The notes beneath the pieces are model-generated. The model was not told the origin of the DNA. It saw only the letters and a list, made by a program, of their open reading frames with translations, and did not search any database. From assembly GCA_030324005.1 (NCBI GenBank), contig JARDVH010000084.1:50934737-50998024 (forward strand): a DNA stretch of 63,288 nt, read 5' to 3'. Source of the DNA: Negaprion brevirostris. Taxonomy: Eukaryota. This document shows, in pieces, positions 63,215-63,288 of this stretch. Both the position numbers and the translations under genes were made by a program. The first letter of the stretch is position 1, and every line of letters starts with the position of its first letter.

Positions 63215-63288
63215 ACACAGTAAGAAGTCTCACAACACCAGGTTAAAGTCCAACAGGTTTATTTGGTAGCAAAAGCCACTAGCTTTCG
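63215..63288 (-). mobile_element. Penelope-like terminal repeat cut by the window end
   Basis: Same family as 17202; the reverse strand begins CGAAAGCTAGTGG with an intact GAAA. Confidence 0.75.

Overview
Eukaryotic, repeat-rich genomic DNA from a gappy draft assembly. The repeat content (HE1-type V-SINEs, Deu-domain SINEs, CR1/L2/Rex1/RTE LINEs) points to a cartilaginous fish, most likely a shark (inference). One protein-coding gene runs on the + strand from before base 1 to about 53.6 kb. It is the 3' two-thirds of an ODR4-family gene (odr-4 GPCR localisation factor homolog, a tail-anchored ER protein), rebuilt from 11 small phase-compatible exons that the ORF track mostly misses. It looks unusually divergent from the vertebrate ODR4 sequence I recall, so it may be a second paralog. 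The introns contain: a decayed hAT (Charlie/SPIN-like) transposon with TIRs, nested in a LINE that is nested in an L2; a decayed Gypsy provirus; solo LTRs with 5-bp TSDs; Harbinger transposase and Myb-like remnants; Penelope-like fold-back inserts with hammerhead-ribozyme-like cores; and a TSD-flanked retroposon derived from U2 snRNA. Repeat boundaries were read by eye and are approximate unless TSD or TIR coordinates are given. Family names come from recalled motifs, not database searches.
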